This document shows positions 11,067 through 21,200 of a stretch of 64,000 nt of DNA, one piece after another. Under the pieces are notes generated by a model that was not told the DNA's origin, made no database searches, and saw nothing but the letters and a program-made list of their open reading frames with translations. This stretch comes from Methanomassiliicoccaceae archaeon. GTDB lineage: Archaea; Thermoplasmatota; Thermoplasmata; Methanomassiliicoccales; Methanomassiliicoccaceae. A program made the position numbers and the translations under genes. Where the stretch lies: positions 119,717 to 183,716 of the forward strand of contig CAVSJV010000013.1 in the NCBI GenBank assembly GCA_963728405.1. The letters are read 5' to 3'. Each line of letters starts with the position of its first letter. The first letter of the stretch is position 1.

Positions 11067-12029
11067 ATGACCCGGCCCCAAGTGCTGGTGACCCGCCGCA
11101 TACCCCGAGCGGGGATGGACATCCTTGAGGAAGGCGCTATCGTCGACGTCAATGAGAACGACGTCCCTATGCCCCATGAAGAGCTGCTCCAGCGCATCCG
11201 GGGAAAGGAGGGGGTGCTCTGCATGCTCTCCGACCATGTGAATGGCAGGGTCATGGACGCGGGAGACCGGTTGAAGGTAATATCCACCTATGCTGTCGGG
11301 TACAACAACATTGACGTCCGGGAAGCGGTCACGAGAGGTATCGTGGTCACCAACACCCCGGGCGTGCTGAGGGAGGCCACCGCGGACCTGACCTGGTCCC
11401 TGCTGATGGCCGTGGCCCGCAAAATACCGAGATCGGACCGTTTCGTCCGTGATGGTAAGTTCGTAGGCTGGGGGCCAGAACTGTTCCTGGGCCATGAAAT
11501 ACATGGTCGGACCCTCGGTCTGATCGGCATGGGGGACATAGGCTCGGCGGTCGCTAGGAGAGCTACGGGCTTCGGCATGAAGGTCCTATACCATAACCGG
11601 ACCCCGAATCCCTTGGCTGGCCAGATCGGAGCGGAACTGGTCCCCCTCGCCGACCTGTTGCAACGCTCCGATTTCATCAGTCTGCATGTTCCGTCCACCC
11701 CGCAGACGAGGCATCTCATCGGTCCCAGGGAGCTGGGGATTATGAAAAGCGAGGCGATCATCATCAACACCTCGCGGGGAGAGGTCATCGACGAGGCCGC
11801 GCTGGTAACCGCGCTCCGGGAACGGACGATCGGCGGGGCCGGACTGGACGTCTACGAGAAAGAACCAATGCTCTCCCCCGGACTGGCCGACCTCGATAAT
11901 GTCGTGCTGACGCCTCACATCGGAAGTGGCACCTACGAAACGAGGGACCGAATGGCCATCATGACCGCCCGGAATCTGCTTGCAGCACTGAAGGGGGAAA
12001 GGCCGCCGAACCTCGTGGAGCCGCGCTAA
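11067..12029 (+). CDS. D-2-hydroxyacid dehydrogenase (glyoxylate reductase-like)
   Basis: VGYNNID, VTNTPGVL, GMGDIG, INTSRG, LDVYEKEP, TPHIGS. Confidence 0.92.
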   Translation: MTRPQVLVTRRIPRAGMDILEEGAIVDVNENDVPMPHEELLQRIRGKEGVLCMLSDHVNGRVMDAGDRLKVISTYAVGYNNIDVREAVTRGIVVTNTPGVLREATADLTWSLLMAVARKIPRSDRFVRDGKFVGWGPELFLGHEIHGRTLGLIGMGDIGSAVARRATGFGMKVLYHNRTPNPLAGQIGAELVPLADLLQRSDFISLHVPSTPQTRHLIGPRELGIMKSEAIIINTSRGEVIDEAALVTALRERTIGGAGLDVYEKEPMLSPGLADLDNVVLTPHIGSGTYETRDRMAIMTARNLLAALKGERPPNLVEPR

Positions 12030-12067
12030 GAAATGTTTCAAATAGTCTCGCTCCCATCGGTTCGGCG

Positions 12068-13725
12068 ATGCCAGTAGTAACCTTCTGCTACGACGACCTC
12101 ATTTCCCTGCTGGGACGCGAGGTGAGCGTGGATACCTTGCTAGAGAGGATACCCCAGCTCGGCGCGGACGTTCACAGCTATGACAAGAGCACGAAGGAGA
12201 TCGCCATCGAGTTCTTTCCCGATCGACCCGACCTCTATAGTGTCGAGGGCGCCGCCCGGGCGCTCCGATCTTTCCTGGGATTCGAGAAAGGCCTGACCCG
12301 TTATTCGGTGCAGGATTCCGATGTCGTTCTGAACCTGGACCCTAGCATCAAGGCTGTCCGCCCCTACATGGTGGCCGGGGTCGTTGAGGACCTCACCATC
12401 ACTGATGCGTTCATCCGCTCTTTGATGGAGATGCAGGAAAAGCTCCACCTCACCATGGGTCGGAAGCGCTCCAAGGTGTCCATCGGCATCCACGATCTTG
12501 ACAAGGTCACCCCGCCTTTCACCTACAAAGCGGTCGATCCCGAGTCGGTCTCCTTCGTACCGCTGGCCAAGACCGAGCCTATGAATCTGAGGGAGATACT
12601 GGAGAGGCATGACAAGGGTGTCGATTATGCTTACATCCTGAAAGGGAAGGCCAAATACCCACTGCTGGTCGACAGCAATAACGAAGTGTTGTCGTTCCCG
12701 CCGATCATCAACGGTGCTCTGACCACGGTAACAGAGAGCACCCGGAGGGCGTTCTTAGATGTCACCGGCACAGACCTCAACGCCATCTCTGGCGCCCTTA
12801 ACATCGTCGCCACCGCCATGGCCGAGCGTGGCGGCAAGATCTGCCGGGTCAAGGTCCAGGGGGCCGATAACATGATCACGCCGGACCTCGAACCACGCAA
12901 ATGGGCCATCGAGGTCGCCAAGACCAATTCGCTGTTGGGCACGAGGCTCAACGGCGAGGAGATGGCCGCCGCTCTGGGGAAGATGGGTTTCGATGCTCAC
13001 CCGTCCACTACCTTCGTGAACGTCCTGGCACCGGCCTGGAGGCTTGACCTCATCCACCCCGTGGACATCATGGAGGACATCGCCAAGGGGTATGGCTACG
13101 AGAACTTCGGCAAGGTGCTTCCGTCCCAGCAGACCTTCGGTGCCGAGCTGCTGTCCAACAAGGCGGCTGACAGCTGGCCCGTCAGATGATGGTCGGCTAC
13201 GGTTACATGGAAGTGACCACCCTCACGTTGACCTCGGAGGACGATCAATTCGCCAAGATGCGGTTGCCGCCCGGCCAGGTGGTCGAAGTGCTCAATCCTA
13301 TCAGCGAGGACCACACCTGCCTCCGCGTTTCACTGCTCCCCAGCCTGATGGTCGTGCTGAGACGGAACAAGCATCGGGACCTGCCCCAGCGGCTGTTCGA
13401 GGTCGGGGACGTTCTGCAGGGCATAAAAAGGAGGAAGCACCTTGCGGCCGTCTCCATCTCCTCGCGCGCTTCGTTCACCGAGATCAAGTCCCTGGTGGAG
13501 AGCGTGCTTCGAGACCTTTCGGTCAAGTACACGATCCAGCCGTCCCCAGCAGGCACCTACTTGGACGGCAGGGGCGCGGACGTCTCCGTCGACGGTCAGG
13601 TCGTCGGCAGCTTCGGCGAGATGCACCCCATCGTCATCACCGACTTCGAGCTTGGCTACCCCATCGCGGCCTTCGAACTGGACCTGGAGGCCTTGACCGC
13701 CGGCAAGCTGGAGCGGCTCGCCTGA
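12068..13725 (+). CDS. pheT: Phenylalanine--tRNA ligase beta subunit, 1-nt frameshift near 13170
   Basis: PDRPDLYSVEG, QEKLH, SFPPIIN, NPISED, LRVSLLPSL, FGEMHP; adjacent ORFs 12068-13189 and 13186-13725. Confidence 0.95.
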
Positions 13726-13771
13726 CCGGGACCGAAACGGTTATTATCATCCAGGCATGTGGCCGACACAG

Positions 13772-13858
13772 GCCGAGGTAGCCAAGCCCGGATCACGGCG
13801 CCAGCCTTGAGAGCTGGTGGTGCTTCGCACTACGGGAGTTCGAATCTCCCCCTCGGCG
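13772..13858 (+). tRNA. tRNA-Ser(TGA)
   Basis: GCCGAGG/CCTCGGC acceptor, CCAGC-CT-TGA-GA-GCTGG anticodon arm, long variable arm, TTCGAAT. Confidence 0.96.
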
Positions 13859-14247
13859 CTCTCTTTATCCATCTCAGTCCTGGCTGAAGGACCAGCATGT
13901 TATCACTGATCCGATGGAATCGAACCCATCAGGGCGGCCCAGCCGTTCATGTCCACCGCCCACGAAGGTATGAACTGCGAGAACACCCAGGAACATTAGC
14001 CCACGAAAACCTTCGTCGGGCTGCGTTAACCATCTGCTGACCACGAAATATCGGATATCCGAAGGCTATCTTCTCCTCCTAAATCGGTCGGACCGTATGC
14101 GCATCGACCATTTTGGACCCGCTGGCGTCGCAGAAGCGGCCCCCTTCGCGCAATTGTTCCCCCCTACATTTCCGGCAGTGGGCCAATTTATTTTACATAT
14201 GTCAGGCAGATGTATCTCGATAAAGATCCTGCTCCAGTTACGCTCTC

Positions 14248-15171
14248 TCAGGAGTATGAACGCTGAACTGAGCGATAGGGAGCAATGACCTTGACCGCCC
14301 CCGGTACTATCCGGAGGTTCAACGGCGTTCGGCCGACGAACTCTCCGTCCGCCTTGATCACCGTCGGTGGCTCGCTCTTCAATACGATCTCACGGTGGGC
14401 GTCGAAGTAACGAAGACCTCGACTTTTCTTGTAGTTGCCGAACATGAGGTCCAGGCCGGAATCAAGGAACTCCAGTCGGGTCCGCCCGCGCATGGCGATG
14501 ACCTCTACCTTCCCATCATCCAGACGGATGTTTGGACCGAGACGCAGCGGCTCCAGGCCGAAGATACCGGCATTGGCGATCATGACCTGGTTCGCCCACA
14601 TCCTCACCTCACGGCCGTCGATGGCCCCATGGATCCATATGGGATGGTATTCGGCCAGCAGCCGCAGCCCAGCCAACGCGTACACCGAGCGGCCGAACAA
14701 CCGTTTCTCCGCCCGGGATATCTTGGACAAAGCTTCCGACCCTGCACCGACGACCACCTGGTAGACGTAATTGCGGTCTTGGGCGGCCATCGCGTCGATC
14801 CTTACCAGGTCCTTACCCTCCCGTATCAATCTTGCGGCCAGGGCGACCGAGATCGGTATCCCCAGCTCCCTGGCAAGCATGTTGGCCGTACCGGTAGGTA
14901 TGATGCCTAGGGTGGCGCTCTTTCCGGCGAGCGCACCGGCCACACCGGAGATCGTGCCGTCACCGCCCGCCGCCAGGACATCTGTTGCCCCCCCCGCCAG
15001 GGCCTCCGAGACCAAGTCTGGTATGCTGGAGCCCTTTCCGAGCACATGGAGCTCCAGGTCCAGGCCCTTAAGCTCTGCGAGTATCTGTTCTCGGAGATAC
15101 ATGGCCGAGCCGATACCGGCGTGGGGGTTGAGGATCAGGACAAAGCGTCGGTCCCTGCCAGGGGAAGGCAT
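14248..15171 (-). CDS. Diacylglycerol kinase family (YegS/DagK) lipid kinase
   Basis: ILNPHAG, GGDGT, IPTGTANMLAR, ADGE motifs. Confidence 0.9.
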   Translation of the reverse strand: MPSPGRDRRFVLILNPHAGIGSAMYLREQILAELKGLDLELHVLGKGSSIPDLVSEALAGGATDVLAAGGDGTISGVAGALAGKSATLGIIPTGTANMLARELGIPISVALAARLIREGKDLVRIDAMAAQDRNYVYQVVVGAGSEALSKISRAEKRLFGRSVYALAGLRLLAEYHPIWIHGAIDGREVRMWANQVMIANAGIFGLEPLRLGPNIRLDDGKVEVIAMRGRTRLEFLDSGLDLMFGNYKKSRGLRYFDAHREIVLKSEPPTVIKADGEFVGRTPLNLRIVPGAVKVIAPYRSVQRSYS

Positions 15172-15247
15172 CGGCCATCCATTGGCAACGTCCGATATTT
15201 TTCCCTTGCCCAGAAAGATACTAAGTCCCGACGATGATTCGCCCGTC

Positions 15248-16180
15248 GTGCGGTTGAAGGACTTCATAGGGAACAACGCCCTCATGTTGATCTCGGCATT
15301 CATCGTGGCCATGCTGTTCGGTGGTCTGCCAGAAGCGTATCCTCGGATGAACAGGGACGCGGCAATGTTCGCCCTCATGGTCATGATGTCCTTCTCTCTT
15401 TGCAATCTCAAGCTCCGGGGTCTGGCCGTCACAAACCACACCTACTCCATACAGCGGGCGTTCGTTCTTTCATTCCTACTATCGACCGGCACCACTATCG
15501 CCATGGCCTCTCTCTTCACCGGAGAGATCCGCGACGGCTGGATTCTGGAGGCGGCAGTCCCTTCGGCCGTCTCGGTCATACCTTTCGTCCTTATCCTAGG
15601 CGGTGACCTCGAGTCGACCCTGGTCTCGTCGGCAGGGCTATATTTCATCGCCTTGCTGTTCACTCCATTCCTGACCCTGGTTTTCATCGGTCAGGCGGTG
15701 AGCGTCATGATCCTTTTGTGGTATGTGGGTTTTCTGATCATCGTCCCCATCATCCTCTCTCGCTTCCTGCGTCAGATGGACCTCTCGGCCGGTTCGAGGC
15801 ACATCGCCATCAACTTCGCATTCTTCGTCCTGGTGGTGGCAGTGGCCGGATCGAACCGCGGGGTGTTCTTCGGCGAACCGGTCCTGCTCCTAACCCTTAT
15901 CGTCATAGCCGTCGTGCGTACCTTCGGCATCGGCATCGCTTTGAACGTCTACAATCGAAAGAGAGGGTTGCCGTGGGGAAAAAGGGTCCCGGAGGTCCTG
16001 TTCGCCACCCACAAGAACACCGGCATGGCCGCCGCCCTGGCGATCGCCCTGATCGGCGATACTGCGGCGGTCCCGGCGACCATCTGCATGACCGTGGACA
16101 TCGCCTGGCTCATCTACGTCAGCAAGTTCATGTTCCCATCTTCCAAGTTGGAAGGGGCTGACACCCTGGTACCGACGTAA
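15248..16180 (+). CDS. Na+/bile acid symporter (SBF/PanS-like) membrane transporter
   Basis: Multiple TM helices, AAVPSA and KNTGMAAALA motifs. Confidence 0.75.
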   Translation: MRLKDFIGNNALMLISAFIVAMLFGGLPEAYPRMNRDAAMFALMVMMSFSLCNLKLRGLAVTNHTYSIQRAFVLSFLLSTGTTIAMASLFTGEIRDGWILEAAVPSAVSVIPFVLILGGDLESTLVSSAGLYFIALLFTPFLTLVFIGQAVSVMILLWYVGFLIIVPIILSRFLRQMDLSAGSRHIAINFAFFVLVVAVAGSNRGVFFGEPVLLLTLIVIAVVRTFGIGIALNVYNRKRGLPWGKRVPEVLFATHKNTGMAAALAIALIGDTAAVPATICMTVDIAWLIYVSKFMFPSSKLEGADTLVPT

Positions 16181-16226
16181 GGGGCCTGGTTTATTACCCC
16201 GTCGAAATATTACTAGACGGGGTAAC

Positions 16227-18599
16227 ATGGTCGATGAGCTTTCCTACAAGCAAGGTCGCAAGACCTGTCCAGAGATGAAATTTGAATGCCAGTCCACCGA
16301 CGATCTAGCTCCCCTGGAGGAGATCATCGGTCAGGAACGCGCCATGCGGGCCTTGAACTTCGGACTTAAGATCCCTAACAAAGGGTTCAACATCTTCATC
16401 TCCGGTCTTCCCGGTACTGGCCGCAAGACCGCTATCATCGAATTTCTAAGGAAGTTGGCCATCTCTCAGCCTCCGCCCCTGGACTGGTGCTATGTCAACA
16501 ATTTCCAGGATTCCTCCAAGCCGAACGCCCTCCCCCTGCCCCCCGGGACGGGCATCGAGCTGAAGAAGGCCATGGAGAAGTTCGTCTCGTCCATCCAACC
16601 AGCCCTAAGGGAAGCGTTCGAGAGCGAAGATTACTCGAAGCGTCGCGATTCGACCTTGCGGGGGATAAATCAGGAGAGGGGCGAGATCGTCAGCCGGATC
16701 AATGCCATGGCCCAGGAGGCCGGGTTCATCGTTCAGCCCTCCCAGATCGGCCTGCAGCTCATCCCTATGTCAGAGGGAAAGCCCCTCACGGACCAGGAGT
16801 TCGCCCAACTGCCGGCAGCATTACAGAAGAAGGTCGGAGAAGAGCGTGACGCTCTTAACACGAAGATAGGAGAAGCGTTCCGGCCCCTTCAGGACATCGT
16901 CAAAAAGGTCGATGCGGAGATGATGGCACTTAACCGGCAGGTGGCGGCGTTCGCCATCGCCCCATACCTCGGCGGCATCAGGGACATGTTCAAGGACAAC
17001 GAGGAAGTGCTATCCTACCTAAAGGACGTGGAGAATGACATCCTAGACAGCGTCCCCCTGTTCCTGGTGCCCCTGCCTCAGTCACAGCAGCCAGGGGCGC
17101 CGTTGATCGATCCTACCCGTAACTATCGCGTCAATCTCATCGTCGATAACTCCCAGACCAAGGGTGCGCCGGCAGAGATAGAGCTAAACCCGACCTACCC
17201 GCGGTTGTTTGGCTATACTGAGAAGGAGGCCCGTTTCGGAGCGCTGGTGACCGACTACACCATGATCAAGGGCGGTTCGGCGCACCGCGCCAACGGCGGC
17301 TATCTGGTCATCCCGGTGGAGAGGATGTTCCAAGACCCCTTGGTATGGGAAGGGCTGAAGCAGACACTGTCCAACGGTACCCTGGAGATGGAGGATTTCA
17401 TCTCCAAGATGGGCTACATGGTCACCAAGAGCCTTCGCCCCGAGCCGATCCCGTTCAACGCCAAAGTGATAATCCTGGGCAATCCCCAGGTCTACAACGT
17501 CCTGTTCAGCCTCGATCCCGACTTCAAGGATCTGTTCAAGGTAAAGGCGGAGTTCGACACCACCATGGAGCGTAACGATGAGAATATCCAGCTCTATGCG
17601 AGCTTCATCTGCGGGCTGTGTAACCGCGAGAAACTACTGCCTCTCGACCCATCCGGCCTGGGAGCGGTGATCGAACACTCGTCCCGTCTGGCCGATGACC
17701 AGGAGAAGCTCTCCACCCAGTTTGCCCTCATCGCCGATGTAGTGCGGGAAGCATCGTTCTACGCCATGGAGGACGGGGTGAAGGTAGTGACCCGGAAGCA
17801 CATCAACCGTCAGCTGGAGGAAAAGACCTATCGTTCCAACATGATCCAGAAGAAGATCGAGGAGCTCATCGCCGATAAGGTGTACCTTCTGGACATCCAT
17901 GGGGCGAAGGTCGGGCAGGCCAACGGGCTGGCCGTCCTTTCGGCCGGGGACTACGCGTTCGGCCGACCTTCGCGCATCACCGCCACCGTTGGCGTGGGAA
18001 GGGAGGGGATAATCGACATCGAGAGGCTGGCCCAGATGGGTGGGGCAACTCACACAAAAGGCGTCCTCATCATCAGCGGCTTCCTCAACGAGCGCTACGC
18101 CAATGATATCCCGCTAAGCCTCTCGGCCCGGCTGGTGTTCGAGCAATCGTACTCTGGCGTGGATGGGGACAGCGCATCCAGCACTGAGCTTTATGCTCTC
18201 CTGTCCACGCTATCCGACGTCCCCTTACGCCAGAACATCGCCATGACCGGTTCGGTCAATCAGATGGGTGAGGTGCAGGCCATCGGTGGGGCGAACGAGA
18301 AGGTGGAGGGCTTCTACGAGGTGTGCAAGGCTGTTGGTCTTACCGGCGAGCAGGGGTGCATGATTCCGTTCTCGAACGTCCGCAACCTCATGCTCAAGGA
18401 AGAGATGATCAACGCCATCAAGGATGGTAAGTTCCACATCTTCCCGGTAAAGACCATTGATGAGGGCATCGAGGTTCTCACCGGCATACGGGCGGGCGTC
18501 AAAGGTCCGGACGGCCAATACGAGGAAGGCACGATCAACTTCCTCGTCCAGAAGCGCCTTACGACGATGGCCGCGGCCATCAAGGAATACCACCCCTAG
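16227..18599 (+). CDS. Lon-like protease (AAA_32/LonC type)
   Basis: IIGQERA, GLPGTGRKT, HRANGGYL, catalytic GDSASS, TGSVNQ…AIGGANEK. Confidence 0.92.
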   Translation: MVDELSYKQGRKTCPEMKFECQSTDDLAPLEEIIGQERAMRALNFGLKIPNKGFNIFISGLPGTGRKTAIIEFLRKLAISQPPPLDWCYVNNFQDSSKPNALPLPPGTGIELKKAMEKFVSSIQPALREAFESEDYSKRRDSTLRGINQERGEIVSRINAMAQEAGFIVQPSQIGLQLIPMSEGKPLTDQEFAQLPAALQKKVGEERDALNTKIGEAFRPLQDIVKKVDAEMMALNRQVAAFAIAPYLGGIRDMFKDNEEVLSYLKDVENDILDSVPLFLVPLPQSQQPGAPLIDPTRNYRVNLIVDNSQTKGAPAEIELNPTYPRLFGYTEKEARFGALVTDYTMIKGGSAHRANGGYLVIPVERMFQDPLVWEGLKQTLSNGTLEMEDFISKMGYMVTKSLRPEPIPFNAKVIILGNPQVYNVLFSLDPDFKDLFKVKAEFDTTMERNDENIQLYASFICGLCNREKLLPLDPSGLGAVIEHSSRLADDQEKLSTQFALIADVVREASFYAMEDGVKVVTRKHINRQLEEKTYRSNMIQKKIEELIADKVYLLDIHGAKVGQANGLAVLSAGDYAFGRPSRITATVGVGREGIIDIERLAQMGGATHTKGVLIISGFLNERYANDIPLSLSARLVFEQSYSGVDGDSASSTELYALLSTLSDVPLRQNIAMTGSVNQMGEVQAIGGANEKVEGFYEVCKAVGLTGEQGCMIPFSNVRNLMLKEEMINAIKDGKFHIFPVKTIDEGIEVLTGIRAGVKGPDGQYEEGTINFLVQKRLTTMAAAIKEYHP

Positions 18600-18663
18600 G
18601 AGGCGCCAACCTCCTGGGAACATTTATATTAATATATTTCCATATAGCCATAGGGATGGAACA

Positions 18664-18903
18664 TTGTGTCGGTATAACTATGGGAACAAATACTGCGCCC
18701 ACCGAATGATAGATGACCGAGAATGCGTTGGAGAAAGGAACTGCCTGGAGCGGGTCGCTCCATCTTATCATTGCCGACATGCCAGTGAAGGAACGTCCCA
18801 TGCGATCAAGCGGGCGGAACTGTCCCCCCTTACGGTCTTTTCGCACAGCATCGACCTCCACCTGGTAGACCTGGGCCTGCCTCTTTCACCGGAGAGGCCG
18901 TAG
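18664..18903 (+). CDS. Small Cys-rich hypothetical protein (TTG start)
   Basis: Preceded by TATA-like TTTATATTAATATA and AGGGATGG; LCRYNYGNKYCAHR…CVGERNC…CRH. Confidence 0.45.
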   Translation: MCRYNYGNKYCAHRMIDDRECVGERNCLERVAPSYHCRHASEGTSHAIKRAELSPLTVFSHSIDLHLVDLGLPLSPERP

Positions 18904-19134
18904 ATGAAATGCTTCTACCTGAAGAGCGACGGCAAATGCGATGGCCGATACAAAGGATTTGCTTGCATCGATACGAAGTGTCGGGCAGATAAGGACCCTC
19001 CCTGCGAGCATTATGACCAGGGCTTCTACTGCCGCAAGTATCGCCGATTCGGTTGTGAGGGCATATCGAAGTGCACCGGCGAACTGAAGCTCTCCGTGCC
19101 GGTGAAGGTGCACCGGGAAAAGGCCAAGGCCTGA
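18904..19134 (+). CDS. Small Cys-rich protein, putative metal-binding
   Basis: 76 aa with two copies of C-x8-C-x7/8-C-x4/5-C. Confidence 0.65.
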   Translation: MKCFYLKSDGKCDGRYKGFACIDTKCRADKDPPCEHYDQGFYCRKYRRFGCEGISKCTGELKLSVPVKVHREKAKA

Positions 19135-20109
19135 TCATAGGTCCGAGTATAGGTCACGACGGATCCGGGGCACCATTGCTGCCATTACTGCTTGCTCGGC
19201 CAGCTCGGTGCGGCTCAGCGCCCCCTTGGTCAGGAAACCGATGGCCCCGACCTTCTTTTCATCTTTCTCCCACCCGTACAGCTCGCGGAAGGCTGCCCCC
19301 ACCGGGCAGCCTTCCTTGACCTTTTCAGCCACCTCCGGCGGATAACGGAACCCTGAGCCATGACCTATGGAGAAGTGACCCCGCCGGTCGATGATCGCAC
19401 AGAACTGGATGTCATAAAGGCCGTCCCCTGTTTCGAACACCCCGGCCTCTAGGCCGATACCCAGGTCCCCGTCCCCCAAGGCCAGCCTGGCCCGCTCAAT
19501 CGCCCCCCGGCTGGTCTCCTCCCCGCGAGGTTGTTCGGGAATGGAGGTTTTCACGCCGATGCCCTTGATGATGACCTCCCCATAGAACTTGGCCAGGACG
19601 TTGCTCGCGGCGTCGATCTTGATCTTGTTCTCCGAGCCCACGTTCACCCTCAACGGACGGAGGAGGTGACCTTCTCCGTCGATCTCCCCGGTCATTATAC
19701 GGCGGGCGGAGATCGGCAGAAAATCTTCTGCTAGAATATGAGGGACCTCGATCAGCTGGAGAGGGTTGAAGCCCCCGGCGACCCGGTCCTTGTTGATCCC
19801 CTCAGCAGACGGTCGGGTCTCTGGAGAAATGATAAGAGCAGTAATGTCGGTTTGCTCGTCCACTCGCCCGGACGGGCGGTCGATGACCGTTATCGACCAA
19901 TTATTACCTTTGGAGCGCAGGTACTCTTCCAACCGGGACCTTCTTTCTTCGAGAGGGACGACCTGGCTCTTCCGCTCTCGGGCCATCTCGTCGGAGGTGA
20001 TGCCCACGACCACGATATCGCCGACCTGAAATGCTCGGTCGAGGATGGCCCTGTGTCCGCGGTGGATGATATTGAACGTTCCTCCCACGCCGACCTTCAT
20101 GGTGATCAC
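19135..20109 (-). CDS. coaD: Fusion of archaeal phosphopantetheine adenylyltransferase and inosine/xanthosine triphosphatase (YjjX)
   Basis: GGTFNIIHRGH…ISARRI N-domain; VGSENKIKI, EQP, GLEAG, GAIGFLT C-domain. Confidence 0.9.
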   Translation of the reverse strand: MITMKVGVGGTFNIIHRGHRAILDRAFQVGDIVVVGITSDEMARERKSQVVPLEERRSRLEEYLRSKGNNWSITVIDRPSGRVDEQTDITALIISPETRPSAEGINKDRVAGGFNPLQLIEVPHILAEDFLPISARRIMTGEIDGEGHLLRPLRVNVGSENKIKIDAASNVLAKFYGEVIIKGIGVKTSIPEQPRGEETSRGAIERARLALGDGDLGIGLEAGVFETGDGLYDIQFCAIIDRRGHFSIGHGSGFRYPPEVAEKVKEGCPVGAAFRELYGWEKDEKKVGAIGFLTKGALSRTELAEQAVMAAMVPRIRRDLYSDL

Positions 20110-20297
20110 ACCAGAACGAACAGCGCGATCACCAGGACCACCAGGGTAACGGCATAGAGAAGAATAAGCTGGCGCTTTCGCTTCTTAAGGATATCGTTAC
20201 TTTTACCTTTGCACTCATCGGTGCAAAAGCGCTCCTCCCCGATGAAGGCCTTGCCACATTTGGAGCAATGGCGGTGCTGGGGGATCTTTTCCGGCAT
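20106..20297 (-). CDS. DUF2116-family Zn-ribbon membrane protein
   Basis: HRHCSKCG…FCTDEC plus C-terminal TM helix. Confidence 0.85.
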   Translation of the reverse strand: MPEKIPQHRHCSKCGKAFIGEERFCTDECKGKSNDILKKRKRQLILLYAVTLVVLVIALFVLV

Positions 20298-20405
20298 ATC
20301 TGCCCCATGGTCCGCGATTGATAAAAGCGTTTCCTAACTTGGTTCACTTGTAGACCGCGAACTGACCCTCATCCTTCCTATTGGGAACTGGTCAACGCCC
20401 GGCCG

Positions 20406-20558
20406 CTAGTCCTCGATGAACGGGGTCCCGTCAGGAATGCGGTTGATCCCATGGCTGTCCATGAGGTGATAAAGTAGGTCTCGACGGACCTGTTTCTCAT
20501 CATCGCCAAATGCGATGTAACCGCAATCCCCCTGCGGACATACTGCTCGTAAGCTCAT
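20406..20558 (-). CDS. DUF1059-like small metal-binding protein (50 aa, not in ORF track)
   Basis: MSLRAVCPQGDCGYIAFGDDEKQVRRDLLYHLMDSHGI…, C-x4-C…H-x4-H. Confidence 0.65.
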   Translation of the reverse strand: MSLRAVCPQGDCGYIAFGDDEKQVRRDLLYHLMDSHGINRIPDGTPFIED

Positions 20559-20591
20559 CGATGCAATGTCGCACCGCATGCTTGAAATAAC

Positions 20592-21200
20592 TTAGCCTGT
20601 CGGAACTGTCTTGGGGGCCCTAAGGTCCAGTTCATTGTGCATGATGAGGATGCAGTGGTCGGCGTGGTAGGATAACGGACCGAGGGTGATGGTTGCCGGC
20701 GCATGGGCCAGAAGGTCCTGTTCTTCCTGGGGTGAAAGGTCCTGATGGTCCGATATGACGAACGTAAGGTCGCCGGAAAGCTCCTGCGAGCGGACATCCA
20801 CGCCGTCCTCCTTCAGGTAAATGATCTGACTGACCTTGGCCAGTTCATCGATCAGCTCCTTGAACGAGCGTTTCGAGACATATATCCCGGGGGATGAGCG
20901 GACCTCTTCGCCGCCCAGATCCTTGAGCAGAGCGTTCCTTACCAATGCTCCGGTGGAGCGTTCGTCCGGATTAAGGTACCGTACTTCCGATCCGTTGACC
21001 CGGATAGTGCGTGGCGGATTGGGCTCACCCTGCAGAACCAGGTACACCTCGCTGTCTCGTCTGATACCATGGGATAGGAAGAATGTAGAGTTGATGCACC
21101 GGAGGAGGATGTCCAAACGACCGGCACCCCCTGCCATATCGTCTAATTTGAAATCACCGGAGGTAGCGGCCTTATGGCCGACGACGACGAAGCGTCTCAT
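20592..21200 (-). CDS. trmY: tRNA (pseudouridine54-N1)-methyltransferase
   Basis: GRLDILLRC, FFLSHGIR, LNPDERS, SDH, LGPLSYHADHCI. Confidence 0.95.
   Translation of the reverse strand: MRRFVVVGHKAATSGDFKLDDMAGGAGRLDILLRCINSTFFLSHGIRRDSEVYLVLQGEPNPPRTIRVNGSEVRYLNPDERSTGALVRNALLKDLGGEEVRSSPGIYVSKRSFKELIDELAKVSQIIYLKEDGVDVRSQELSGDLTFVISDHQDLSPQEEQDLLAHAPATITLGPLSYHADHCILIMHNELDLRAPKTVPTG

Noticed and set aside
13906-13935. tRNA-like T-arm GATGGGTTCGATTCCATC on the minus strand after tRNA-Ser
   Set aside because: No acceptor or anticodon arm and no AGCCAGA arm; the region looks like a decayed zinc-ribbon ORF (CRKC…FCDASG near 14110-14185).
14771-15441. Long bidirectional overlap between the lipid kinase and transporter ORFs
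   Set aside because: Artifact of longest-ORF start choice; homology-supported starts (15171 on -, 15248 on +) are divergent and do not overlap.
19135-20109. CoaD-YjjX fusion as a novelty
   Set aside because: To my knowledge this fusion is already annotated in Thermoplasmata; used only as a taxonomic hint.
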